DNA of 64,000 bases from Treponema sp. (GTDB lineage: Bacteria > Spirochaetota > Spirochaetia > Treponematales > Treponemataceae): NCBI GenBank assembly GCA_024402535.1, contig JAKSTN010000008.1, forward strand, positions 12,012 to 76,011, in the 5' to 3' direction. Every line of letters starts with the position of its first letter. Within the stretch, counting starts at the first letter, position 1. A model generated the notes under the pieces. That model was not told where the DNA came from. It did no database searches and saw only the letters and a list, made by a program, of their open reading frames with translations. The translations under genes were made by a program, and so were the position numbers. Positions 1-10,100 of the stretch are shown piece by piece.

Positions 1-349
1 GCCCATGAGCAATGCGGAAAATCCGGCAATCAAGCAAAAACTTTTTCTCAAAAGCTTCAGGCATTTCATCTTTATTTCTAAATAAAAGAAGCTGCAGTGA
101 ACTTTGAATTTCTTTCCCGGATTCCGTTTTTATAATCACAGAAAGAAAAACACCATTTTCATTCAGAAAAATATTTTCAAGATGAACGCCAGAAATTTCT
201 TTTGCAGAAAGATTTTCGCTAAGCTCTATCCATAAAGGATATTTTTTGAAAACACCAGCTTTTCCCTGAAACGAAAGACAAAGTTCATTCTGCAGAGCAA
301 TGAGCTTAAGCTCATCACTCTGATGCAGAACAAGAACATTCTTTTCCAC
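1..349 (-). CDS. Hypothetical protein, 5' part (runs off the window edge)
   Basis: My own translation: GTG at 349, 6 nt after the topA stop. The frame VEKNVLVLHQSDELKLIALQNEL...CRIFRIAHG stays open to position 1. Not in the ORF track; no family recognised. Confidence 0.55.
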   Translation of the reverse strand, partial: MEKNVLVLHQSDELKLIALQNELCLSFQGKAGVFKKYPLWIELSENLSAKEISGVHLENIFLNENGVFLSVIIKTESGKEIQSSLQLLLFRNKDEMPEAFEKKFLLDCRIFRIAHG

Positions 350-355
350 TACAAA

Positions 356-2506
356 CTACTCGTCAGCTTCAAGAGGCATTGTTTCGGCCTCTTCGCCAGC
401 TGTATGGAGATAATCACAATCAGGATTGATACAAGATTTATAGCTTCCGTTTTTCTTGTCAAACTTTTCAACCAGGAACCATCCGCATTTTGGACAGTAC
501 TGATCAATTGGTTTAAAGTGAGAAATGAAAGTACATGTCGGATAGTTTGTACATCCGTAGAATTCACGGCCACGGCCTTTAGATTTTCTTGTAACAATTT
601 CACCGTCACAACCAGGACAAGGACATTTTGCCAGTGGAACTGATTTTGTGTTGTGACACTCTGGGAATCCTGAACATGCCAGGAAGAATCCGAAACGGCC
701 AAGTTTCTTAATCATTGGTTTTCCACAAAGATCACAAGTCTTATCTGTTTCTTCATCAAGGAACCCCTTGATACTTTCTGTTGTTTCAAGAACTTCGTCA
801 CAGCGGTTTTTGAAAGGTCCGTAGAAATCCTTGATCATGTCGTTCCAGACAATATTGTCTTTTTCTACTTCATCCAGAGTATTTTCAACTTCTGCAGTAA
901 AGTTTACGTTCAGAACATCAGGGAATGATTCAACAAGGATTTTTGAAATCATACGACCAAGCTGTGTTGGACAAAGCTGTTTGTTTGAACGGGTTACATA
1001 ATAACGGTCCAGAAGAACAGAAATAATTGGAGCATATGTTGAAGGACGCCCGATTCCTTTTTCTTCAAGCATCTGAACGATGGAAGCGTCGGTGTAGCGT
1101 GCAGGTCCTGAAGTGAAGTGCTGTTCAGGATGGAATGTTCCGCTTTCCAGCTGTTCACCTTCTTTCATTGCAGGAATTGAATTTCCTTTTTCTTCTTTTG
1201 ATGAAAGAACCTTGATTACTTCATAGAAACCTTTTTCTGTAATCTTTGAACCGGCTACACGGAATACTGCATCACCGCTGGTGATTTCGTAACTTGTAGT
1301 CATGGTCTTTGCGTTGTTCATCTGGCTTGAAACAAAGCGTTCCCAGATGATTGAATAAAGGCGCAGCTGATCGTGACTCAGGTATTCTTTAATTGAGTCC
1401 GGTGTATATTCTGTATATGTAGGACGGATACCTTCATGGGCGTCCTGTGCCTTTTTATCAGTTTCATAGCTGATTGGTTCTGCAGGAAGAGTTGCAGGAT
1501 AATTTTTTGAAAGCCATCCGCGAACATCATCCAATGCTGTCTGAGAAATACGAACAGAGTCTGTACGCATGTAAGTGATAAGACCTACACGGTTTGTTCC
1601 AATGTTGATACCTTCATAAAGCTGCTGAGCAATCTGCATTGTTTTACGTGAAGTAAAGCCTAGACGGTTGGCAGCGGCCTGCTGAAGTTTTGAAGTTGTA
1701 AACGGAGCCTTTGGACGAACTGTTTTCTCTGTCTTTTTAATAGAAGAAACTACACAGTCAGAGTTCTTGATCTGTTCGATAATTTCATTAACCACAGCTT
1801 CATTTTTCAGTTCAGGTTTTTCACCCTTATATTTTACAAGCTGTGCTGTGAAAGAAGTCTTTCCTTTTTTGAAGTCTGCTTCAAGAGTCCAGTATTCATC
1901 TGGAATGAATTTTTCAACTTCTTCTTCACGTTCACAGATAAGACGGAGTGCTACCGACTGAACACGTCCAGCTGAAAGTCCGTTCTTAACTTTTGTCCAG
2001 AGAATAGGACTTAAGTTATAACCTACAAGACGGTCCAGAACACGGCGTGCTTTCTGTGCGTTTACAACAGATTCAATAATATCACGCTGATTTTCAATTC
2101 CTTCTTTTACTGCAATCGGTGTGATTTCCGGGAAAACAACACGACGGATTGGTGCTTCAGTTTTATCTTTAAGTGCATTATTCAGATGCCAGGCAATAGC
2201 TTCCCCTTCACGGTCAGGGTCGGATGCCAAAAGAACAAGATTTGCTTTTTTTGCGTCTTTCTGAAGTTCCTTAAGAAGTTTTGCCTTACCACGAACAGTG
2301 ATATATTCAGGCTGAAAGTTGTTGTCTACATCAATAGCCATACGGCTTTTTGGTAAATCGATAACATGACCGATTGAAGCCTTAACTACGTATCCAGGAC
2401 CAAGAAACTTTTCGATAGTATCAGCCTTGTGAGGCGACTCCACGATAACCAGAGTCTGAGGTGTTTTGTCCTTAGCTTTTTTAGAAACAGCTTTTTTTTC
2501 TGCCAT
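356..2506 (-). CDS. topA: DNA topoisomerase I (type IA)
   Basis: Toprim LVIVESP and ASDPDREGEAIAW, SAGRVQS, catalytic GLITYMRTDS, GIGRPSTYA and C-terminal Zn ribbons (CDLCG, CSGFPEC, CPKCG). Confidence 0.98.
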   Translation of the reverse strand: MAEKKAVSKKAKDKTPQTLVIVESPHKADTIEKFLGPGYVVKASIGHVIDLPKSRMAIDVDNNFQPEYITVRGKAKLLKELQKDAKKANLVLLASDPDREGEAIAWHLNNALKDKTEAPIRRVVFPEITPIAVKEGIENQRDIIESVVNAQKARRVLDRLVGYNLSPILWTKVKNGLSAGRVQSVALRLICEREEEVEKFIPDEYWTLEADFKKGKTSFTAQLVKYKGEKPELKNEAVVNEIIEQIKNSDCVVSSIKKTEKTVRPKAPFTTSKLQQAAANRLGFTSRKTMQIAQQLYEGINIGTNRVGLITYMRTDSVRISQTALDDVRGWLSKNYPATLPAEPISYETDKKAQDAHEGIRPTYTEYTPDSIKEYLSHDQLRLYSIIWERFVSSQMNNAKTMTTSYEITSGDAVFRVAGSKITEKGFYEVIKVLSSKEEKGNSIPAMKEGEQLESGTFHPEQHFTSGPARYTDASIVQMLEEKGIGRPSTYAPIISVLLDRYYVTRSNKQLCPTQLGRMISKILVESFPDVLNVNFTAEVENTLDEVEKDNIVWNDMIKDFYGPFKNRCDEVLETTESIKGFLDEETDKTCDLCGKPMIKKLGRFGFFLACSGFPECHNTKSVPLAKCPCPGCDGEIVTRKSKGRGREFYGCTNYPTCTFISHFKPIDQYCPKCGWFLVEKFDKKNGSYKSCINPDCDYLHTAGEEAETMPLEADE

Positions 2507-2527
2507 TTTTATTCCCCTATATAAAAA

Positions 2528-3649
2528 TCAGTTGAAAAGCTCCAACTGCTGAATTTTATTTGAACTGCGGGTCCCCGGTGCTTCCGAAAGACACTTGCAG
2601 TAATCTTCAAAATCATTTATTACCGGAGCGCCGTCCTGAACAAACTGTTCACAGCATACTTCCAGCTTGTGTTTTGTTATCAATTTGTTGTTATACTGAT
2701 TTTTAAGATTTTTTTTAACCCCTTCATTGATTTTTTTTGCAAAATCTCCAAAACAAGCCTTATGAAACATCACATCACGGCCTAATTCCAGTGCAAAATC
2801 GGCTGTAATCAAGGAACCGGAGCCGTTTGGAGCTTCAATTACCACTGTTGCAGGCGATAAAGCCGCAATAATCCGGTTCCTCTGGACGTAATGCCAGTTT
2901 CCAAAATCAGTAAAAGGTGCGTACTCACTTATCAAACACCCGCCGCTTTTTATAATATTCTCTGCAAGTTTAACATGAACGCCGGGTAAAATTTCATCTA
3001 TGCAGCAAGGAAGAACTGCTACAGTCTTTCCAACATTTAAGGAAGCCACACAATCATCTTTATCAAGAAGACTGAAACTAGCATCCAATGCTCCTTTATG
3101 AGCAAATCCGTCAGCGCCTTTTGCAAGACCCGAAATAACAGAAATACCTGAAGAAGCGGCAGCCTTTGCAAAACCAAATGCCGCTTTTCTTCCTTCAGGA
3201 GAAAGCTGCCTTGTACCTACAACAGAAACGCTTTTCTGGCTGAATGCCTCTAAAGCTCCTCTGTAAAAAATCATATACGGAGGATTAGAAATAGTCCTGA
3301 GCATTGCAGGATAATCAGAATCTGTAAATTTCAGAAATCCAATTTTCAGTTTTTTACAGACTTCATATGCCCGTTTGGCCTGGCGAAGGTTTTCTTTCCC
3401 GTTCCATTTTGCTTTAGGAAAAGACCTCATTACGACACAGCTTATTTCATCAAGAGTCAATTCTGAAAGTTTTTCAGGTCCGCCTTCATTTACAAGTTTA
3501 CCATAAAGAATTTCTTTTTCAGGCGTATTCAGAAAAGTGATACGTGCGAGAGAAAAATCTAGTAATATCTGAAGGTCTGTCTTAGTTTCCGTAGCTTGCT
3601 TCCAGTACTGTTCTTTTATTATTTTCTGCATCGGCAATCTTGTCTGCAT
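2528..3649 (-). CDS. dprA: DNA-processing protein DprA/Smf (start uncertain)
   Basis: YPAMLRTISNPP, SVVGTR, VISGLAKGADGFAHKGAL, RNRIIAALS and VIEAPNGSGSLITADFALELGRDV; lies directly upstream of topA. Confidence 0.93.
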   Translation of the reverse strand: MQTRLPMQKIIKEQYWKQATETKTDLQILLDFSLARITFLNTPEKEILYGKLVNEGGPEKLSELTLDEISCVVMRSFPKAKWNGKENLRQAKRAYEVCKKLKIGFLKFTDSDYPAMLRTISNPPYMIFYRGALEAFSQKSVSVVGTRQLSPEGRKAAFGFAKAAASSGISVISGLAKGADGFAHKGALDASFSLLDKDDCVASLNVGKTVAVLPCCIDEILPGVHVKLAENIIKSGGCLISEYAPFTDFGNWHYVQRNRIIAALSPATVVIEAPNGSGSLITADFALELGRDVMFHKACFGDFAKKINEGVKKNLKNQYNNKLITKHKLEVCCEQFVQDGAPVINDFEDYCKCLSEAPGTRSSNKIQQLELFN

Positions 3650-4316
3650 TTTTTGTTACAGACATGATCTTGTCATACATTTCAACTGATTTTTCAAAAT
3701 CCAAAACTTCATAATAAGCACGGGCCAGAACAAACATAGCATCTGTATGGCGGATATCTATTGTAAGAAGTTTTTCAAGCAAAGGGATTGCCAGTTCACT
3801 TTCATCAAGTTCAAAAACATAAAGAACTGCAAGTCCGTACATTGCATTTGTATAGCGGTCATCTATTGCAAGAGCTCTTTTATAGGCTTCTTCTGAAAGT
3901 TTCAGATAATTATATTTCTGTTCTAAGGAACCAGTGCCGCCAAAATCCAGAGCAGCATGACTCATATAGCCGCCGCAAAGTCCCACATAATAATAAAGGT
4001 TCTGATTATTAGGATAATATTTCAAAGCTTCCTGAAAACATTTTAAAGCTTCACCGTACATTTTGCTGTCAACGTAACGTGTTCCAAGAAGACGGTACCA
4101 CATACCAATCTGACTATTAGCAAGCTGCGTTTCAGCAACACGTTTTTCATATTTTCCGATAGCTTCTTTAAGTTCTTCAACAGTAACAGGATTTGAAACA
4201 CCTTCTTCCATTTTCATATGGCGCTGAATTGATTTATTCGAAACGCCGCATGAAACGAATGATATTATCAATAATCCGCAGGCTAAAATGCCTGAAACTT
4301 TTTTAGAAAAAATCAT
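3582..4316 (-). CDS. TPR-repeat lipoprotein
   Basis: Probable start ATG at 4316 after a GGGTGGG SD-like run; the track's extension overlaps the K/E tail of the HD gene. Lipobox FVSC; TPR helices such as YGEALKCFQEALKYYPNNQNLYYYVG. Confidence 0.85.
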   Translation of the reverse strand: MIFSKKVSGILACGLLIISFVSCGVSNKSIQRHMKMEEGVSNPVTVEELKEAIGKYEKRVAETQLANSQIGMWYRLLGTRYVDSKMYGEALKCFQEALKYYPNNQNLYYYVGLCGGYMSHAALDFGGTGSLEQKYNYLKLSEEAYKRALAIDDRYTNAMYGLAVLYVFELDESELAIPLLEKLLTIDIRHTDAMFVLARAYYEVLDFEKSVEMYDKIMSVTKNADKIADAENNKRTVLEASYGN

Positions 4317-4335
4317 ATCCCACCCCAAAGATTTT

Positions 4336-6174
4336 CTATTTATCAACCTTCTTTTTGGAAGGCTTTTTTTCAATTTTTTCAACTTTCTCAGTTTTTTCAA
4401 CTTTATTAGTCTTTTCAGTTTTCTCTTTTTTTTCAGGAACTTTCTCAGAAACTTTCGAGGAAGTTTTCTCATTTTTTTCTGATTTCTCAGAATTTTCTGA
4501 AGTTTCAGCATTCTTTGTCTGAGCTTCTTTTTCCTGATCAGGATACTGAATTCTCGAATGATAGTATCCGGAAAGAATCTGAAGGAATGCTTCACGAATT
4601 TTTGCAAGGTCACTGAAAGAAAGATTACAGTAATCAAGCTGCTTAGTATCAATCTTATGCTGGAAAAGACGCATCATAAATGCTTCAAGGCTCTTTTCAG
4701 ACTTATCTTCATGAGTTCGGCAGGCAGCTTCTACTGTGTCAGCGAGCATTACCACAGCCGACTCACGGGTTGTAGGCGGATTACCACCGTAAGAATAATC
4801 TCCAGGATTTGCATTTGCATTTTCCTTAAGTGCAACATTGTAGAAATAAGCAATTACACTGTTACCATGGTGTTCTGAAATAATATCAATAACACACTGA
4901 GGAAGATGAAGCTGACGTGCTTTTTCAACGCCCTTACGAACATGCATTCGAATTACTGAAGCTGAAAGAGACGGATTCAGCTCATTATGTTTATTTTCAC
5001 CGTCTTTCTGATTTTCAATAAAATATTCACTCTGGTCAATTTTCCCGATATCGTGGTAATAAGCACCTACACGGGCCAGAAGACAGTTTGCCCCGATTTC
5101 ACGACAGGCATTTTCTGCAAGCTGTGCAACCATCATAGAATGCTGATAAGTACCGGAGGCCTGAATAAGCATGTTCTGCATAAATGCATTATTCAAGTCG
5201 CTTAAATCCATAAGACGGAAAACAGATGCCGTATTCAAAATGATTTCCAACGGTGTAATAAGCCCCATGGTAAGAAGTCCTGAAAGGAAACCGTTTAGAG
5301 CCATACCAAAGTACACTTTTCCCATTGTAGAAAGAGATTCATTAAATATTACGGCAAGAAGAATAGTAAGAACCACATTACCGATTGCAAGAAGAATGGA
5401 AACAAAAATCATATCAATTCTTCTTTCTACTTTGCGGACTATGGCACAGGCATAAAGTCCTGAAAGAATTGTAAAAAGACAAGGCACAAGTTCCCAGTCA
5501 GCACCGCTCAGAACGCCCAAACCTGCAATAAATGAAAAAATAATTGCAGGCAACTGACCGTAAAGAATTGATAAAAGAACAACTGCAAGTCCAGTCGGAA
5601 TAATTATACAAAGCGAGTACGGCGTACTGAAAAATGCAAATTTACGGAAAATTGCAGCGGAAGCATAAATGATTACCAGCCAAATCACCTGAAAAACAAC
5701 TTCACGGACAAGAATCTTTTTATCTTTATAAATGAAAGCAAGAAGCAGATACCACAGAAGTCCCATTATAAATAGAAACAGCTCTGAATTGGCATAAGAC
5801 CGTTTATCAAAATAAACAGGTGATGAAGCCATTTTCTTGAGTTTTTCATAACTTTCTTCGGTTACCGGAAAGCCCTTCTTCAAAACCTTTTCGCCTTTCT
5901 GAACAAAAACAGGATTAAATTCATCTGGCGGAAGTTCTTTGTCTGCAATTATAGTGCGGTCGGAAATCTGTCCTATTTCAAAATCTTCAAGTACAAAGGA
6001 TGCTACGCTTTCTGTTGTAGAAACTTTAAAGAAATTAATAAAAGAAACAGCAATGAATCCCAGCAAAAAAATCAAAAGAAAAAGATATTTTCTCTTGATG
6101 TAATCTCCACAGCCACTAAAAAACTGGGCTAAAAGAGAATTTCCACTTTTTTCAATCTTCGATTTCATTTTCAT
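4336..6174 (-). CDS. 7TM-HD (HDIG) membrane phosphohydrolase, PgpH-like
   Basis: About seven TM helices followed by GTYQHS, YYHDIGK, EHHG and MLADTVEAA; directly downstream of phoH; K/E-rich low-complexity tail. Confidence 0.88.
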   Translation of the reverse strand: MKMKSKIEKSGNSLLAQFFSGCGDYIKRKYLFLLIFLLGFIAVSFINFFKVSTTESVASFVLEDFEIGQISDRTIIADKELPPDEFNPVFVQKGEKVLKKGFPVTEESYEKLKKMASSPVYFDKRSYANSELFLFIMGLLWYLLLAFIYKDKKILVREVVFQVIWLVIIYASAAIFRKFAFFSTPYSLCIIIPTGLAVVLLSILYGQLPAIIFSFIAGLGVLSGADWELVPCLFTILSGLYACAIVRKVERRIDMIFVSILLAIGNVVLTILLAVIFNESLSTMGKVYFGMALNGFLSGLLTMGLITPLEIILNTASVFRLMDLSDLNNAFMQNMLIQASGTYQHSMMVAQLAENACREIGANCLLARVGAYYHDIGKIDQSEYFIENQKDGENKHNELNPSLSASVIRMHVRKGVEKARQLHLPQCVIDIISEHHGNSVIAYFYNVALKENANANPGDYSYGGNPPTTRESAVVMLADTVEAACRTHEDKSEKSLEAFMMRLFQHKIDTKQLDYCNLSFSDLAKIREAFLQILSGYYHSRIQYPDQEKEAQTKNAETSENSEKSEKNEKTSSKVSEKVPEKKEKTEKTNKVEKTEKVEKIEKKPSKKKVDK

Positions 6175-7093
6175 ACGCCTTTACAATTTTACGCACAAGC
6201 GGATTACGGACGACATCGTCAGCCGTAAGTTTCATAAATCCAATATCTTCTATATTACATAAAAGTTTCATTGCGTCAATAAGCCCGGACGGTACCTTCT
6301 TTGGCAGGTCAATCTGAGTCTCATCGCCTGTAATGAAAACTTTTGAGTTTTCGCCCATTCGGGTAAGGAACATCTTCATTTGACTTTTGGTTGTATTCTG
6401 AGCTTCATCAAGAATGATTACAGCATTGTTCAGCGTTCGTCCCCGCATATAAGCCAAAGGTGCAACTTCAATAATGCCTGCATCGGTAAGCTTTCGGACT
6501 GTTTCCGGAGGAACGATTGCCTCCATGGCATCTTTCAAAGGTTTCAGGTATGGATCAATTTTCTGAGTAAGGTCACCAGGAAGGAAGCCAAGAGATTCTC
6601 CAGCTTCAACTACAGGACGTGTAATAATGAGTCTTCCCTTCTGATGATTAAGAATAAGGCGCAATGCTTCCGCAACGGCAAGAAAAGTCTTTCCGCTTCC
6701 TGCAGCCCCAGAACAGAAAACCATATCCTTTGTCTGAAGAAGATGAATGTATTCTGCCTGCCCCTGGGTTCTAGGGTAAACCTTACGGAATGCTCCTGGA
6801 ACAAAAACCGAAACATTTCCCATATCCGGTTTTTTCTGTGTATTCAAAACAGACATTACAATGTCATCACTATTTTTACCGCCGTCGTTCAGTTCATCAA
6901 TAATACGGTCAATGACAAACTGAAACTTCTGTCTTACAGCATAATCATCGGTATCAATGGAAAGTTCATTTCCAGTACAGAAAACAGAAACTCCAAGGCT
7001 CTGTTCTATAAGCTGCAGGTTTGAATCATTTGTACCGCAGACACAAGAAAGTATATCGCTGTCAGGTATAACAATAGTAAATTCGTTTTCCAT
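6152..7093 (-). CDS. phoH: PhoH-family ATPase
   Basis: Walker A GAAGSGKT, ITRPVVEAGESLGFLPGDL, APLAYMRGRT, ILDEAQN and GDETQIDLP. Confidence 0.93.
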   Translation of the reverse strand: MENEFTIVIPDSDILSCVCGTNDSNLQLIEQSLGVSVFCTGNELSIDTDDYAVRQKFQFVIDRIIDELNDGGKNSDDIVMSVLNTQKKPDMGNVSVFVPGAFRKVYPRTQGQAEYIHLLQTKDMVFCSGAAGSGKTFLAVAEALRLILNHQKGRLIITRPVVEAGESLGFLPGDLTQKIDPYLKPLKDAMEAIVPPETVRKLTDAGIIEVAPLAYMRGRTLNNAVIILDEAQNTTKSQMKMFLTRMGENSKVFITGDETQIDLPKKVPSGLIDAMKLLCNIEDIGFMKLTADDVVRNPLVRKIVKAYENEIED

Positions 7094-7102
7094 TTATCTC
7101 TC

Positions 7103-10100
7103 CTAATCCAGTTCCCATGAACCGTTCTGAAGTTTATTTCCGTCTTCGTCGTAATCAATGCCCTTGCCGCCTTCTTCCAAACGTCTTGTAACAAGAGTTT
7201 CATCAAACTGATAGACACGGGCAGTTTTAATACTTTCCATTGGATTCCATACAACAGCAAGGCTTAAATACGGTGTAAAGTCATACCATTTCTGGCCTTT
7301 AATATTTTTAAGAACCGGTTCCATTTTCCATTTAAACTGGAATTTCCAATCATGGAGTTCATGATCAAGTGCAACGTTAAGGCTCTTAAGTTTAAAACCA
7401 GAAGCCTTTCTTTTTGATTCATCCCAGAAGCTGAAGGAATTCCAAATATCTTTCACAACATTTTTTTCACCCTGAATATCAATTCCGTTTCGGAATTTTT
7501 CAGGAAGATATCTGTAAATAACTGAGTTTCTTGAACTTGAACTGAAAGTAAGATTTAAGAATTCATTAAGCTTAAATGTTATTCCAGGATTAAAAGTAAA
7601 GTAACTATTTGTAGGTCGAACAAGGTCAGCTACCAGACTTGTAGCAAGCGTTGGTGTAAGAGAAATTCTGTTTTTCCAAGAATAGAAAGTTTTACTTGGA
7701 ACTGAATAAGAGAAGTTGAAATTGAACGGTATAAATTCTTTATGAGGACGTTCAAGTTCTTTTCCCTCTTCTGTTTCATAAGTTTCTTTTTCCTGAACCC
7801 AGCCTTCACCCCAGGAAATTACGTTTCCTTCTTCGTCAGTTTCATCAGCTTTGAATTCATACTTATTCGTATACTGCATCGTGTAAGAAAGGCTGAATGT
7901 TTTCCAGCTTAATGAAGTCTTGAAATTATCAGGGCCGTTAATATCTTTTTTATTTACATTAACATAATCCTCTTTTTCAGGATCTTCCCATTTATAAGTA
8001 AATGATTCTGAAAGAGAAATATTTGAACCAAAAAGCGGATAAGAAAAAGATGCAGTCTGCTGAATTGGATTACGAACCATCTGCCGTTTTTCATCCTCTT
8101 TTCCTTCATTAGTAATTTTTTCATAAATGCTGGAACTGAGTCCAAGATTTACATAAGGGAAACCTAAAGAAAAACTTCCAGAAAATTTCTTATCCTGTGG
8201 AGGAAGTGCCGAAGTGAAAACTGCTTTCTGAGAAAACGCCTTTTCCTTTTCATTGGCTGCAAGAGTCAGACTGATATTATGTACACTGATAAGATTCTTT
8301 TTATTTTCTTCCCAGGATTCATCATCTTCATCCCAGATCCATGATTCTTCCCACCAGGAATCTTTATCGGCTTCTTCAAAAGGAACTTCGCCTTTGTAAT
8401 AAGCATTAAACTCATCACTATCAGAAAGAAATTTTCTCCTGAAAAGTTTTATGTTCGTATCATATGAAACGCCGGTTTCACTGAACATAGGCACATATAC
8501 AAATGGTCTGAAAGAAATTGTATTTGTATTATCAAGGTCTTTTTTCTGAGCATTATAATCAGTACGTTTCAAAGACCTGATTTCCTGATCTGTGTACCCC
8601 CAGGCTTTATCTGTATATTTACCTTTTTCGTCCTTGTACTCTTCGGCATACTGTTCATCATCTTTACCATGAATATCCCAGTGATCCTGCCACACAGGAT
8701 TATATGAAAGCTTGTTTGTCATGCTTAAAAATGAATCAGCATAGCTTACAGTCTGTGAAAGATTCACAGGCATTTTTATGTTATACATTTTTGACTTAAC
8801 GTTTTCCCATTTGAAATCTTCAGAGGTTTTAAGAATATTGGAATCCGAAGGATAAGCGTAGGTTGTATTTACAGTTGAGCTGAAGGTGTATCCAAGATTA
8901 TATGAAAAACCAGTAATAGATTTTGAAGAGGAATTTGATGAAAATGCAATTTTCGGAAAATTATAATTATCCTGCATAAATGTATCAGGGATTTCTTCTT
9001 CAACAGCAGTTTCTGGTTCTGTATTTTCGCTGTCAGGATTCTCATTATCTAAGTTCTCAGTTTCAGAATTTTCAGCTTCCAAAACTTCTTTTACTGAGGC
9101 AACTTTTTCACTTTCCTCCATAAAATTTTCAGGCTTATTCAAATCAAATGCAGGCTTCTGCACATCAGTTTTTTTCGTAGAAGTTGATTTCTGGAAAGGA
9201 TACTGAAAAACTGTTCCTGAAATAGAAACCGATCCGTTCACAGGCGTAACCTGAGACGGATAGTAAAAACGCCTGCGTGGAGAATTTGAAAACCATTCAG
9301 AATTTTCTATAAGTTCAAGTCGTGGATCAATTTCAGCAGTTTCCTCAGATTCTTCCGCATCCACGCTTGTTTCAGTTTTTTCAGTTTCATCAGATTCTTC
9401 AGAGTCTTCATATTTTTCTGGATGACGAATCCTTTCATAAAGTTCTTTCTCATTCGCAGCCATTGAAGAAATATTTACAGAAGCGTTTGCCGACAAAGAA
9501 AAAGAATTTATAAAAGGCCTCATAAAAGAAGGAAGCGACGGTGAAAAAGATGATGAAAGACTCCATGTGAATGAAGAAGTTTCTGTTACAGTTTCTTCCT
9601 TATCTTTATCTGTCTGAAGAAGTTCTTTTATCGTACTGATCCAGTTCATATCTTCACTGCGGTTCCCCATTTCGTAACCAAAGTACGGATCTGAATAAAC
9701 CGGCAAGCTGACTGAAAGTCTGAAGGGTTTTGAAAGAGCAAGCTCAAGGTTTCCTTTATATCGGAAAGGAAGTGATACGCCCATAAAATTAGAGTCATCC
9801 CAAATTGTACTTCCCATTGATGAAATATTTGTAAATTTATTTTCACCTTCAACAGGGAAGACAGTATTAGTAAACCCAAGGTCCGCATTGAAAACAAACT
9901 TTGTAATGTACTGATTGTTTGGTGAAATATTTGATTCAAGACCAGTTACCCATCCGTAATTAGAATACCAGTCTCCTAAAACTTTCACATAATTTGAAGT
10001 GTTTCCAGAATAATCTTCATCAAGATTATGAAGCACAATACCTTCCCGTTTCTGTTCTTTAAGCGTAGTAGGTCTCATGAAGTTATAAAGAGAATCCAGA

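Noticed and set aside
1-349. xerC downstream of topA
   Set aside because: The translated frame shows no tyrosine-recombinase N-terminal features.
4317-4652. Lys/Arg-rich N-terminal extension of the TPR ORF
   Set aside because: It is an alternative frame of the HD protein's K/E tail; the lipoprotein signal begins at 4316.
6380-7024. 214-aa plus-strand ORF
   Set aside because: Antisense shadow of phoH. The same reasoning applies to the many short ORFs opposite uvrA, guaB, purA, the trp genes, paaK and iorA.
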